A stretch of 64,000 nt of DNA from Octopus sinensis (lineage: Eukaryota), in the NCBI RefSeq assembly GCF_006345805.1, contig NC_043006.1, positions 33,852,001 to 33,916,000 of the forward strand. The letters are read 5' to 3'. How positions within the stretch are numbered: position 1 is the first letter of the stretch; each line of letters opens with the position of its first letter. The notes below the pieces were generated by a model that had not been told where the DNA came from, did no database searches, and saw only the letters and a list, made by a program, of their open reading frames with translations. A program made the translations under genes and the position numbers. Shown in pieces: positions 13,221-24,673 of the stretch.

Positions 13221-13706
13221 TGTAGTAAAGATTGTTTGCCAACATCACATGGCAGTCCTGGTTTAGGACGAATGTTGCTGTAATTTATCCCCAGCATACA
13301 TCGTCTCCAGCTGGCTATACAACACGATCTGCGTCCTTATATTTTCGAACAAGGGAATCTAGCACCCCCACTCAGCTCAAAACAATGTGTATCGTGATTT
13401 CTGGGTTATTTCCCCTTCATCAGCACAGAATAATTGTTCAGCTAGAGGTGGCGCTACCAAATTCCCGTTTGAAATATATAGTTTTCAAAGTGACAACTAG
13501 TCACTGATTTATAAATTAGAAAATTATTAAAAAAATGTAAGGAAACAGATCGTGTCATATAGCCAGCTGTAGACGATGTCTCCTGGGCTAAATTACAGCA
13601 ACATTAGTCCTAAACCAGGACTGCCATGTTATGTTGGCAAACAATCTTTACTACAAAGTACTGTTGCTGAATATCTCATGTTGTGAGATTTAAAAATAGT
13701 AATTTT
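13221..13706 (-). mobile_element. Fold-back insertion with 11-bp TSD and internal hammerhead motif
   Basis: TSD CTCATTCCATT at 13210-13220 and 13707-13717; ~110-bp inverted repeats 13221-13330 and 13547-13655; unpaired 51-bp tail 13656-13706. Confidence 0.85.
13386..13427 (-). ncRNA. Minimal type I hammerhead ribozyme motif
   Basis: Minus strand: UGUG-CUGAUGA-AGGGG-AAAUAA-CCCA-GAAA-UC-AC-GA-UA-CACA. Stems I, II and III can form; predicted cleavage after AUA; one mismatch at the base of stem II. Confidence 0.7.
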
Positions 13707-14027
13707 CTCATTCCATTCATCAACCCAGAATAAGCTCCAAGAATTTGAGGAAATTGAACTGATGCAACACCCAGCATCTAATCCAGACCTAGCTCCCTTG
13801 TGCATGTGCATGTGGATGTGTGTGTGCGTTTGCGAATGTGTTTATTTCCACAAATCTTCACACTGGCACTATTTGTGCAATGGTGAAGATGTTTATATTG
13901 CATAAAAATCTGGAAAAAGTTTGGCAGCTGAATGATTGAGAATATAAAGATGTTGAATGAAATAATTTACTTAACAAATAAGGGTTGGCATTGAGGGTGT
14001 GAGGGCATCCAACTGTACAATATTAAC

Positions 14028-14181
14028 TGAAGAAGAAGAAGAAGAAGAAGAAGAAGAAGAAGAAGAAGAAAGAGAAGAAGAAGAAGAAGAAAGAAGAAGA
14101 AGAAGAAGAAAGAAGAAGAAAGAAGAAGAGAAGAAGAAGAAGAAGAAGAGAAGAAGAGAGAGAAGAAGAAGAGAAGAAAAA

Positions 14182-14210
<29 letters not shown>
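14028..14210. repeat. (GAA)n polypurine tract
   Basis: Read directly; similar tracts at ~19260-19510 and ~63325-63535. Confidence 0.95.
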
Positions 14211-14212
<2 letters not shown>

Positions 14213-14324
14213 GTCATCTAATCTCTTCAAGCATAGAAATGTAGAAATGATGATGATGATGATGATGATGGTGTTAGTGAAGGTGATGATAAGGATGATG
14301 ATGATGATAGTGATGATAATGCCA

Positions 14325-14368
<44 letters not shown>

Positions 14369-14644
14369 AGTGGTGATTGATGATGATTGATGCTGATGAT
14401 TATGCAAGATTGATGGCCAGACTTTAATCTCTGGAGAACTAATAAAATGTGGGTGTAAGTTTATTTATATATTTACTTTTTTGGCGATGGTGTTTGTGGT
14501 GGTTGTGGTGGTGGTTATGGTAGAGTATGGGAGGAGGGGCTGTTTTTGTATGTTTTCCACATTCTAAATTGTTTGATCCTTAACAACAACAACAACAGCA
14601 ACAACAACCACAAACACCATAGCAACATCAACAACAACACTCAA

Positions 14645-14836
14645 CATAATGATAAATAATAATAATAATAATAATAATAACAATAATAATAATAATAATA
14701 ATGATGATGATGATGATGATGATGATGTTGATGATGATGATAATAATAATAAAATAATAATAATAATAATAATAATAATGATGATGATATGATGATGATG
14801 ATGATGATGATGATAATAATAATAATAATAATAATA

Positions 14837-14884
<48 letters not shown>

Positions 14885-14910
14885 GTGATAATAATAATAA
14901 TAATAATAAC
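14645..14910. repeat. Compound (AAT)n/(GAT)n microsatellite
   Basis: Read directly. Confidence 0.95.
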
Positions 14911-15318
14911 AACCAATACCATGACGACAATGACAACAAGAAGAAGAATCTTATTTAAACATAATTGAAAACATTTCAATCACAAGTGGCCATTGATTGC
15001 GCAGAAGGCTGCCGTCCATCATTCGGTTCTTACAATTGTTAGGTAATATTTTTAGACAAGTATTTTGTGTTGCCCACAGATGGTAAGGTCAATGATGGTA
15101 GTAGTTGAATATTGAACAATGCTGCAGTAACAACAATAGCAACAATACCAACTATGATTGCTGCAACAACAACAACAACAACAGCAGCAGCAAAAGGAAG
15201 AATTTAAAATAACCTCCTACTTCTCTGACAATATTTGTAAAAGTTCTTAGCATTGAAACTTGATGGCCAACATTTACAATAACAACAACAATACTAATAA
15301 ATACTTCGTGCCATGTAT

Positions 15319-16451
15319 CGAGGGGCGTTCATTAAAGATTTCCCTGGAACCACTCCCCAAAGATTGGGATAAATGAAACTTGGCATAGTTATTAGTCCTT
15401 CTGTCCATGGCCACCACCAATGGTGACACACCTCTCCCATCGCTTTATGCAGCTGTGAAAACCTCGTCTGTGGAAGTCAATAAATTGTGTCTGGAGCCAA
15501 GATTTTACCTCAGAAATAAGTTCATCATCAGCTATAAAGTACTTCCTCTTCAAAAAAGACTTTATGGTTGGAAAGAGGTGGAAGTCAAACGGTAAGAGGT
15601 CACAAGAGTAAGGGATTTTATAGAGAGGAAAGATTTCATGGCCACAGGAGTGTGCTTTCATCTGGACAACATGTGCATTGTGAACCGGGGCATTGTTTAG
15701 GAGGAGGATAACTCCTTTGGTCAGCATGCCACGACTATCCGCTTTGATAGTGTCTCGCAATTTCTGCAGCAGAGAAGTATAATATGCCCCATTAACTGTG
15801 GGGCCCTTTGCCAGAAAATCCATCATCACTGCTCCATGCTGGTCTCAAAAGACTGTGAGCATCACCATGCCTGCTGAGGATTGGACACAAGCCTTCTTTC
15901 AAAGTGGTGAATTATCATGCTTCCATTGCTTTGACTGGACTTTAGTCTCAGAATCAAAGTGATGGACCTATGTTTCATCCTGTGAGATAAGTCTGCCAAA
16001 AAAGTCCTCCTTGTTTTCTTGGCACATTGCCAAAATAGCCTGGGGGCATCTGATTCGTTCCTGCTTCTGAAAAAGTGCAAGAATCTGGGGAATTCATCGT
16101 ACGGACAACTTCCATATGTGCAAATAGTCGTGAATGATTTTTCCATGGACCCTACACTTATCTTTACTTCTGGGCTAGTTACCAAATAGTTATGTGGTGA
16201 TCCTCTGAAATGGCAGCTTAAACTTCTTTCATCTCATCAAGTAAAAGAACCTGAACACTGATTTACATTCAACTGCTTCCATTATAACACCTTAGTCCAC
16301 TTCAGTAGCTGTAAAAGACAAATGAATACTAGTGGAAAGCTGTAACTCACAATGTGACATGTAGAGACATGTATGATTATGCTGGTACAAGTTCTGTTTC
16401 CTGCAATAACCGGAAGTAGGTCAGGGGAAAATCTTTTATGGACACACCTCG
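15319..16451 (-). mobile_element. Mariner (Tc1/mariner) transposon, near full length, transposase pseudogenised
   Basis: TIRs CGAGGGGCGTTCATTAAAGATTTCCCT and reverse-complement CGAGGTGTGTCCATAAAAGATTTTCCCCT with TA flank. Motifs QDET*VHHFDSETKVQSKQW, NNAPVH and YSCDLLPFDFHLF (ORF 15392-15829); stops and frameshifts present. Confidence 0.92.
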
Positions 16452-16461
16452 TATAAAGCAG

Positions 16462-16838
16462 CCATGCTGGTATGATGTAAAAAGCATCCATGCTGGTGTC
16501 ACATGTAAAGCACTTGTGCTAGTGCCATGTATGAAACACCCATAGTGGCACTACATATAAAGAACCTAACACCCATGCTGGTGCCACATAAAGAGCACCT
16601 GTGCTGGTGCCATGTATAAAGCACTCAAATGGGTCTCACATAAAATGTGCTGCTGCCATGTGAGAAGTATAATCTGTAGTGGTTGGCATTAGGAAGGGCA
16701 TCCAGCCATAGGAAGCATGACAAAAGAGACATTTGAAGCACCTGGTGCAGCCCACTGGCTGGCCATCTCTGGTCAAACTATCCAACCCATGACAGCATGG
16801 AAAACAGATGTTAAACGATGATGACAATGATGATGATG
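16462..16838 (+). mobile_element. RTE-type 3' UTR with tandem subrepeats and (GAT)n tail
   Basis: Repeated CCATGCTGGTGCCACATAAAAGCAC-like units followed by the shared tail. Confidence 0.75.
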
Positions 16839-17855
16839 GTTAAGAAATAACTGTAACGCTAACCACAGGTTAAAACAATGACATTGGCAACAATTACACT
16901 ATGGAAGCAACATCAACAACAAATACAACATTATTGAGGAGGGAGTAGGGGCGGGGGAGTAGGGCGGCGGGGAGTAGGGGCGGGGAAGAGGGGCTGGGGT
17001 GGGAGGAGGGGCGGGGGAGGGGAGTAGGGACGGTGGGAGTAGGGGCAGTGGAAGGAGGGGCGGTTGGAGGAAGGATTGTGACTGGACATTTGTAAGCAAA
17101 AGACAACAACATAATATCACAACCAACAACAATTACTGCAGTGGAAAATGCAGCAGCAGCAACAACTGCAATGGTAAGAAACCTTTGGCAGTAGAAAGAA
17201 GAAGAAGAAGAAGAAGAAGAAGAAGAAGAAGAACAACAACAACAACAACAACAACAACAATAACAACAACTGCAACAGTAATAAAAATTAAAATATCCAG
17301 AAAATTGAAAGGAAACAACAAAACAAAACAAAATAGAAAGCAACATCTGTAAAAGCAATCCATGAGATATAACAAGAAAAATAATAACTAAATAACAAAA
17401 CAAACAGTAACAACAACAGCAACAACAAAAAATATGAGGTGAATATGGAAGAATTTCTAAACATCGCTAAGATTTTCACCCCCAGAAACAAGTTTTAAAT
17501 GTAAAACATAAATGTAATACAGAAATAGGCATGTATGTGTGTGTGTGTGTGTGTGTGTGCATGTGTATTTGGATTTAGTTGTATGTTTTGTTTTGGTATG
17601 CTAAGACAATATGGAAAAGAAATTGAAAAACAAAATTATCCACCTTGCATAAACATCTCATATCTGAGAGTCGTAGATCTGAGGAAATTCAATTTGGGAT
17701 CATGATGTCCATTCATTCTATGCATACATACATACATACATAAATAAAACACACACACACACACACTTTTTCAGCTTGCCATTCTGTGTCTGTTTTCCAT
17801 CCGTTTGTGCATTTATTATACATTTTTTAAACTTATAATAATATATATATATATA

Positions 17856-18084
17856 ATCTCCCTGTCTTCTTACCTCTCGTGTGTGACTCTTCTGGCTGGC
17901 AGTCGCCATGATAGATCGTTAGCCACTACACACATTTTTCTCTCTTGTTTTTTCTGTGTCCCTTTCTGTAGAAGAGCGTAGGCTCGAAATGTAAAAGACT
18001 TTTTCTATTCCTGAGCGTTATACTAATACATGTTTGTTTTGTACACCACCTGTCTTCGTCTTTTGTTTTTTCGTAAACTCTCCC
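17856..18084 (+). mobile_element. Family H1 element between (TA)n tracts, hammerhead-like motif at 17962-17997
   Basis: CTTT-CTGTAGA-A-GAGC-GTAG-GCTC-GAAA-TGTA-AAAG; 3' part homologous to 5607-5753. Confidence 0.7.
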
Positions 18085-18120
<36 letters not shown>

Positions 18121-18141
18121 ATATATATATGGATATAATTA

Positions 18142-18318
18142 TCATCATCATATCATTGTTTAACGTCCGTTTCCGTGCTAGCACGGGTTGGACAGTTCGA
18201 CCAGGGTCTGGGAAGCCAGGAGGCCTGCACCAGGCTCCAGTCTGATCTGGCAGTGTTTCTACAGCTGGATGCCCTTCCTAACACCAACCACTCCATGAGT
18301 TGGCATTAGGAAGGGCGT
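18142..18318 (-). mobile_element. RTE-type tail with a short terminal inversion
   Basis: GCCCTTCCTAACACCAAC-ccactccatga-like spacer-GTTGGCATTAGGAAGGGC at 18271-18317. Confidence 0.7.
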
Positions 18319-18636
18319 ATATATATATATATATGTATATTGTCTAAGAATCTAAAACTCAGAAAAATATGCACTCAAATATTTGTCAATAGCATAGGTA
18401 GATCTCCAACAATAGAGACCAGTTGCCATATTTACTTCCAAAACTGCCAACCCTGAAGAGTGCAGGTTTACATAATCAGGGTGTTACTTAACTATCCGTT
18501 GAACCCCCAGTGCGAAACCTATCAGTAAGATCAGCTGTAATGGATATATAGTACTGTACACTTCATATAATATATCATCATCATCATCATCATCATCTTT
18601 TAATGTCTGTTGTGGTGTGTGTGTTTGTATGTATAT

Positions 18637-18810
18637 AGGCATAGGTGTGGCTGTGTGGTTAAGAAGCTTGTTTTGCAGCCATGTGGCTTGATGTCAAGGT
18701 TCAGTTCCACAGTGTGCCACCTCGAGCATGTGACTTTTACTAAAGCCTTCAGCTGACCAATGCCTAGTGAGTGAATATGGTGGATGGAAACTGTGGAATT
18801 CCATCATATC
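18637..18810 (+). mobile_element. SINE family A, 5' part
   Basis: GGCATAGGTGTGGCTGTGTGGTTAAGAAGCTTG...GGTTCAGTTCCAC. Confidence 0.7.
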
Positions 18811-18961
18811 TTTGCATCTGAAACATTGCTTGGAAACACAAGACATGCTATACAAGTTTGTCAGATTATTGTATCCACAGCATGAAACTAACAGTAGCTC
18901 GATATCTATCTGCCTGTCTGCCTGTCTGTCTGTCTGTCTAACTGTGTGTCTGTGTAAATAC

Positions 18962-18996
<35 letters not shown>

Positions 18997-20018
18997 CACA
19001 TACATACACACAGCAACACTCAGGCTGAAAGACAGAAACAGACTGACAGGCATTAAGAAGATAATTAAAGACAGGCATGGAACTTATTAAAAAAAACCAA
19101 GTGAATTTTGATTGGATAAATCTACCCAGAAAAGTTGGGGAAAATGTATCTTATTGGATGAGTTTTAGAAAAGTTTAAAAAATACTAAAAGTGGAAAAGA
19201 TAAGTGTGTGATAAGGGAAGGGGAAGAAGAGGAGGGAAAAAGACACTGTAGATATGCATGGGAAAGGGGGAGAGAGAGGGGGAGGGGGAGAAGGAAGGAG
19301 AGAGAGAAAAGAAGAGAACAGAAGATGGGCAGAGGGGAAAGGGGAGGGGGAGGAAGGGAAGAAGGAAGAAGAAGGAAGAAGAAGAAGAGAAGGAAGAAGA
19401 AAGAAGAAGAAGAAGAAGAAGAAGAAGAAGAAGAAGAAAAAAGAAGAAGAAGAAGAAAGAAGAAAGAAGAGAAGAAAGAGGAAGAAGAAAGAAGAAGAAG
19501 AAGAGAAGATTAATGTGGAGGTCAAAAGAATTTGTGAAATAAGAATATTTATTATTCAAGTATTAGAATTTCTAAATTAAAACCAAATTGAAATATGGAG
19601 ATGATATCTACAATATATTTGAACAATATGTATTAAAAAAAGAAAGAGAAACATTGGAAAGTAAAGAATGTTTTGTCACAACATGGAAGAAGAAAAAGAA
19701 AAGGATAGATTCTAAATAATGGTAGTTCTAGAAATAGTTTGAATAAATAGATTAACTCTAAACAGGTGAGTGTATATTAAGTATACACTTTATTTAAACT
19801 GTTTAGTAAAACTAGTTTATATTATGTGTGTATATATATAATATATATATATATTATATATATATATATATATATACAAACTGAGATAGGGGTTGTAAAG
19901 CAACCCTCCATGGGATAACATATATCCAATATACTGCTAGTGAAGTACCCAACAAAGTTAATACATAAATGTTAAGGATTGCAATGCATCAATTAATTTA
20001 TTTCTCCATTTTCTTATC

Positions 20019-20076
<58 letters not shown>

Positions 20077-20079
20077 TAG

Positions 20080-20722
20080 ACCTATTGAGGCAAGGGAAAT
20101 CAAAATCAAAATTGCTGACGTGGCCGATGATTGTACTGACTGATTGGCACTGATTGGAACGTTAAAAGCACATCCAAGTGTGACCGTTGCCAGGGCCACG
20201 GATTGGCTCCCATGCTGGTGGCACATAAAAAGTACCATTTGAGCATGATCGTAGCCAATGTTGCCTTACTGGCACATGTGCTGGTGGCATATGTAAAACA
20301 TCTTTCAAGCATGGTTGTTGCCAGTGCCACTGGGCTGGCTTGCATGCAGGTAGCATGTAAAAAGCACCTTTTGAGCAGTGTCGTTGCCAAAACCGCCTGA
20401 CTGGCCCTTGTACCAGTGGCATGTAAAAAGCACCATCCAAACGTGGCTGATGCCAGTGCTCCTTTGACTGGCTTCTGTGCCAGTGGCATGTAAAGAGCAC
20501 CATCTGATCTTGGTCGATGCCAGCTCTCCTGGCCCCTGTGCCATGGCATGTAAAAAGTACCCACTACACTCTCGGAGTGGTTGGCATTAGGAAGGGCATC
20601 CAGCTGTAGAAACACTGCCAGATCAGATTGGGGCCTGGTGTAGCCTCCTGGCATCCCAGACCCCAGTCGAATCGTCCAACCCATGCCAGCATGGGAAACA
20701 GATGTTACACGATGATGATGAT
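20080..20722 (+). mobile_element. RTE 3' UTR with about seven ~50-bp subrepeats and (GAT)n tail
   Basis: Recurrent GYYRGTGGCAYGTAAAAAGCACC units; homologous to the reverse complement of 1972-2330. Confidence 0.8.
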
Positions 20723-20869
20723 ATTCCCCTCTCAGTTTCACACACTTATTACAAGGATCCTTCAGTTTTGTAAAAGAACTCGGAAAGTCAGATCCCTACC
20801 CAGGCCTGTCAGTATACCCTTGAACTTTTCAGCACTCCCACATAATCTGCAATATCTTTGACTTCCAAA

Positions 20870-21385
20870 CCTAGGAGTAGACAAATGACTTCTGAGAACC
20901 ATAAAAGTGATGTACAGGCATGCTGTCAGCAGGGTCAGTAATGAGTTTAATGTGCAGGTAGGAGTTCACCAAGGTTTAGTTATCAGGGCCCTTCTATTCA
21001 TTGATGTCCTCTAGGCTAGAGGTTCTCAAACATTTTGGGCCACCACCCCTCTCATGGCCACATAATAGCCTCAGCACACCACCCCTATATTTATGTATAA
21101 ATATTTTATATTTTACTAATCTATATATACTATGAATTGTTTGATATTTGATATAATATATATAATTTGTATACAATACTATAATAATATTATAATAAAT
21201 TCATAGCCTCCCCTAATCCACTGCCTTCCTCCCAACGTCTCCTTTTTCTCTACCGCCTGCCTGGACCATTACAACACCCACAGTGGGGCATGGGACAGTA
21301 GCACCCTCTTTGAGAACCTATGATCTAGGCTATAATGGGAGTTTAAGACCAGTTGCCTATGGGGAATTCTTTGTGTTGATGAAGA
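20870..21385 (+). pseudogene. RTE reverse transcriptase fragment split by a hAT MITE
   Basis: LGVDK*LLRTIKVMY...EFNVQVGVHQGLVIRALLFIDVL, then after the MITE EFKTSCLWGILCVDE: RT QGSVLSP and YADD regions. Confidence 0.8.
21017..21322. mobile_element. hAT (Buster/Charlie-type) MITE
   Basis: TIRs TAGAGGTTCTCAAA and TTTGAGAACCTATG; 8-bp TSD CTCTAGGC/ATCTAGGC. Confidence 0.85.
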
Positions 21386-22496
21386 TGTTACCATGTAAGA
21401 ATTATTTTGCGTAATTGCTAGAAACACATGTGAAAAGATTCCAAAATATTAACTTTTGGTTTTATCTTTATTCTGACGTTATGCAACTTTTTTCTCTAAA
21501 AACTGAGATTGCCCTTGCTTTGATGATGTAACAGACTATAGGATACAAGATGCCTAGTTGAAAAATTCTGGTAAAGTGTTTTGCATCAAAGAATACCATT
21601 ATACAAACATGCATACATACATACATACATACATGCATACATACATACATACATACATACATACATACATACATACATACACACACACAAACAAAAATAC
21701 CCTGTTGTTGATGTTGAAATTCCAAAGAAGGAACCTTGGATCTAGATCAGAAACCAGTTCCTTTTCTATTGGCAAAAAATCTTGAAACAAACTGAATAAT
21801 GACATACATACATACATATAAGTCATAAAAAATATGTACTCGTATATTTGCCAATAGAGTGGGTAAGATTGGCTGTAATAGATACATAATTTCTGTACAT
21901 TTCAATTTATATATATATATATATATGATTTAAAAATTAATATATATAGAATTGATAATTAATATTTATGATGTATATTTATTTATATAGTGCCATCATC
22001 ATTATCATCATCTTCTCCTTGATGCCAACCCAAATTTAACCAAGACATTTGCTTTCTAAGTTCTGACTGCACAACTATAGTTTTTTTTTGAATCAAGGAG
22101 AAATTCTAAACGTTTTATTTCTGGAATTTCAACATACACACACACACACACAAATATATATATATATATATATATATACATACATACATACATACATACA
22201 TGTGAGGTGAGTGTGTGTGTATACACACACACAAGCACACACACAGATGCACGCATGCATGCGCACACATTTAGAGGGTTTGTGTGGGTGTGGCTGTGTG
22301 GTTAACAAGCTTGCTTCCCAAACATGTGGTCTTCGGTTCAGTTCAACTTCACAGCCCCTTGGACAAGAGTATTCCACTATGGTTCGGGTCCAAGCAAAGT
22401 CTTGTGAGTGGATTTGATAGACGGAAACTCACTGAAGTTGACTGTATATACATGTGTGTGTGTGTGTGCATACCCTTGTTTTGACATCATGTGATG

Positions 22497-22831
22497 CAGT
22501 TCTATATTTAAGAAATGAGGAATTATGTACATTATTTTACATTTGAGGGATATTTGTCCTCATCCTGTTTGTTGTTAACACAATGTTTCGGCTGATATAC
22601 CCTCCAGCCTTCATCAGGTGTCTTGGGGAAATTTTGAAACTGGATTTTCATTCCTAAGCTATTGAAAAATACATCGAAAAATACCTTAGGAATGAGAACC
22701 CAGGTTCGAAATTTCCCCAGGACACCTGATGAAGGCTGGAGGGTATATCAGCCGAAACGTTGTGTTAACAACAAACAAAAGATGAGGACAAATATCGTCA
22801 AATGTAAATAATGTTAATAATATAAATAATG
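22497..22831 (+). mobile_element. Fold-back Penelope-like insertion with two opposed hammerhead motifs and 11-bp TSD
   Basis: TSD ATCATGTGATG at 22486-22496 and 22832-22842; ~130-bp inverted arms ~22522-22658 and ~22685-22820; ~25-bp one-sided tail at the left. Confidence 0.88.
22721..22766 (+). ncRNA. Minimal type I hammerhead ribozyme motif, canonical core
   Basis: GACAC-CUGAUGA-A-GGCUG-GAGGGUAUAU-CAGCC-GAAA-C-GUU-GUGUU, with palindromic AACGUU stem III; predicted cleavage after 22761. Opposite-strand copy at 22577-22622 has a CpG-type change. Confidence 0.8.
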
Positions 22832-23189
22832 ATCATGTGATGGTTGTAAACAAGCCTCTCCGTCATACATGTGAGGTTGTCTATTTCCAGTCTTTTGTGA
22901 AAACCATATCTAGCCATAGTGAACTATTGCCTTGCTTCGATACAGATGAGGGTTGGTGACAGGAAAGGCATGCAGCTGTAGAAAGTCTGCCTCAACAAAT
23001 TCTGTTTGATCCATACAAGCACGGAAAAGTGGGTGTTGAATGATGTTGATGATGATGGGGATGGTGATGATGATATATACACATTTGTGTATGTATATTA
23101 TATATATGTTTGCATCTATACATATGAATGATAACTATAATCGTAATAAATCATAAAACTATATATATGCATGTGTATTTATGTGTATG

Positions 23190-23229
<40 letters not shown>

Positions 23230-23451
23230 GATCTGGATGTATGTTATATTTCACACAGGGCTCTACCAGTGCAGGAGTTTTCCCTTACCATCTGCTCACT
23301 GGCAACCATTCTCATATTGCCACCTTTTGTCAGGCTCTGATGAACACGGCTGATGCTAACAGGGAATGTCCATAATTTGTGAACCCACAACCTGACATGC
23401 TTTATTGATTGTGTATGTGGGTGTGTAAGCATGTGTATGTGTGTGAGTGTG

Positions 23452-23482
<31 letters not shown>

Positions 23483-23503
23483 CATATATATGTATGTATA
23501 TGA

Positions 23504-23552
<49 letters not shown>

Positions 23553-23870
23553 TACATATATATATATATATATATACACACACATATATATATATATATG
23601 TAGTAATATTATAATATATGATGCCCATATATATACACACACACACATATATATGTATGTATGTGTGTATGTATATATATATATATATAGATAGATATAT
23701 AGATATTCATATAAATATATATATATATATATAAAAATTATTTGAGACAAAACCACTATTTTGCAAAACAATAATATTTTATAATATTTTATAATATTTT
23801 ACTATAAAATTGGATTTAATCCTAAATCTGATTTTTTTTCCCTGTAAATTTGGATATATTCCCTAATATT

Positions 23871-23901
<31 letters not shown>

Positions 23902-24037
23902 ACATACACACGAGTATATATGTGTGTGTGTATATATATACATACACATGTATACATAAATACATTCATACATACACATATATTTATATAGACATATATA
24001 AATATATAGAGTATATATATATAATATATAATATATT

Positions 24038-24071
<34 letters not shown>

Positions 24072-24238
24072 TATAAGCTAATGCTAATGATGTATGTGTA
24101 GACAGGTGTGTATAATGTGACACACGTGTTTATGTGTAGGAGTATAAATATGTGAAAGCTAGTGTCTGTTTTCAGTCTGTGTCTGCTTTTGTGTGCACAT
24201 ATATATGCATACACACATACATACATACATACATACAT

Positions 24239-24277
<39 letters not shown>

Positions 24278-24288
24278 CGCGCGCAGAC

Positions 24289-24322
<34 letters not shown>

Positions 24323-24607
24323 GTATATATATACATACACACACACACACATGACTATATCTTTTAGTTAACCACCTCTGCACATCAGGTGTCTCTGTGT
24401 GTGTCTGTGTGTTTGTGTGTGTATGTGCAACCATGGAATGTGGTAGGATTGTTTAACAAAGTCACCTTGATAAGCTTCCTTCCAGTTCTCCTATTTTACT
24501 GCCACCACCACCACCACCACCACCACCACTGCTACTACTAAACTCAGCATCATCATCACCGTCTTCAGTAGCAGGAGCAACAGCATTATCAGCAGTGGCA
24601 TTATAAT

Positions 24608-24673
<66 letters not shown>

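Larger units (their letters stand above)
12510..13800 (+). pseudogene. Decayed mariner transposase, interrupted by a fold-back insertion
   Basis: EHKVMISIWCNYEGLIH...IDANLYAEPLERMYAIVQQKYPAL...QQDNTKPHS to 13217, resuming after 13717 with TQNKLQEFEEIELMQHPASNPDLAP: mariner DNARPH and HPPYSPDLAP motifs. Confidence 0.8.
22285..23073 (+). mobile_element. tRNA/CORE SINE with RTE-like tail, interrupted at 22497-22831
   Basis: Family A head at 22285-22445; body continues across the TSD; tail GAGGGTTGGTGACAGGAAAGGCATGCAGCTGTAGAAA...GGAAAAGTGG then (GAT)n. Confidence 0.75.

Noticed and set aside
13240-13310. SECIS-like or ribozyme-like hairpins in the fold-back arm
   Set aside because: No AUGA/GA quartet with proper helix length and no CUGANGA; only generic hairpins.
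20106-20741. 211-aa ORF with internal repeats
   Set aside because: Antisense reading of the RTE 3' UTR subrepeats.
21715-21765. Hammerhead-like layout ending GAAACCAGTTC
   Set aside because: Lacks a CUGANGA core (reads CCAAAGA).
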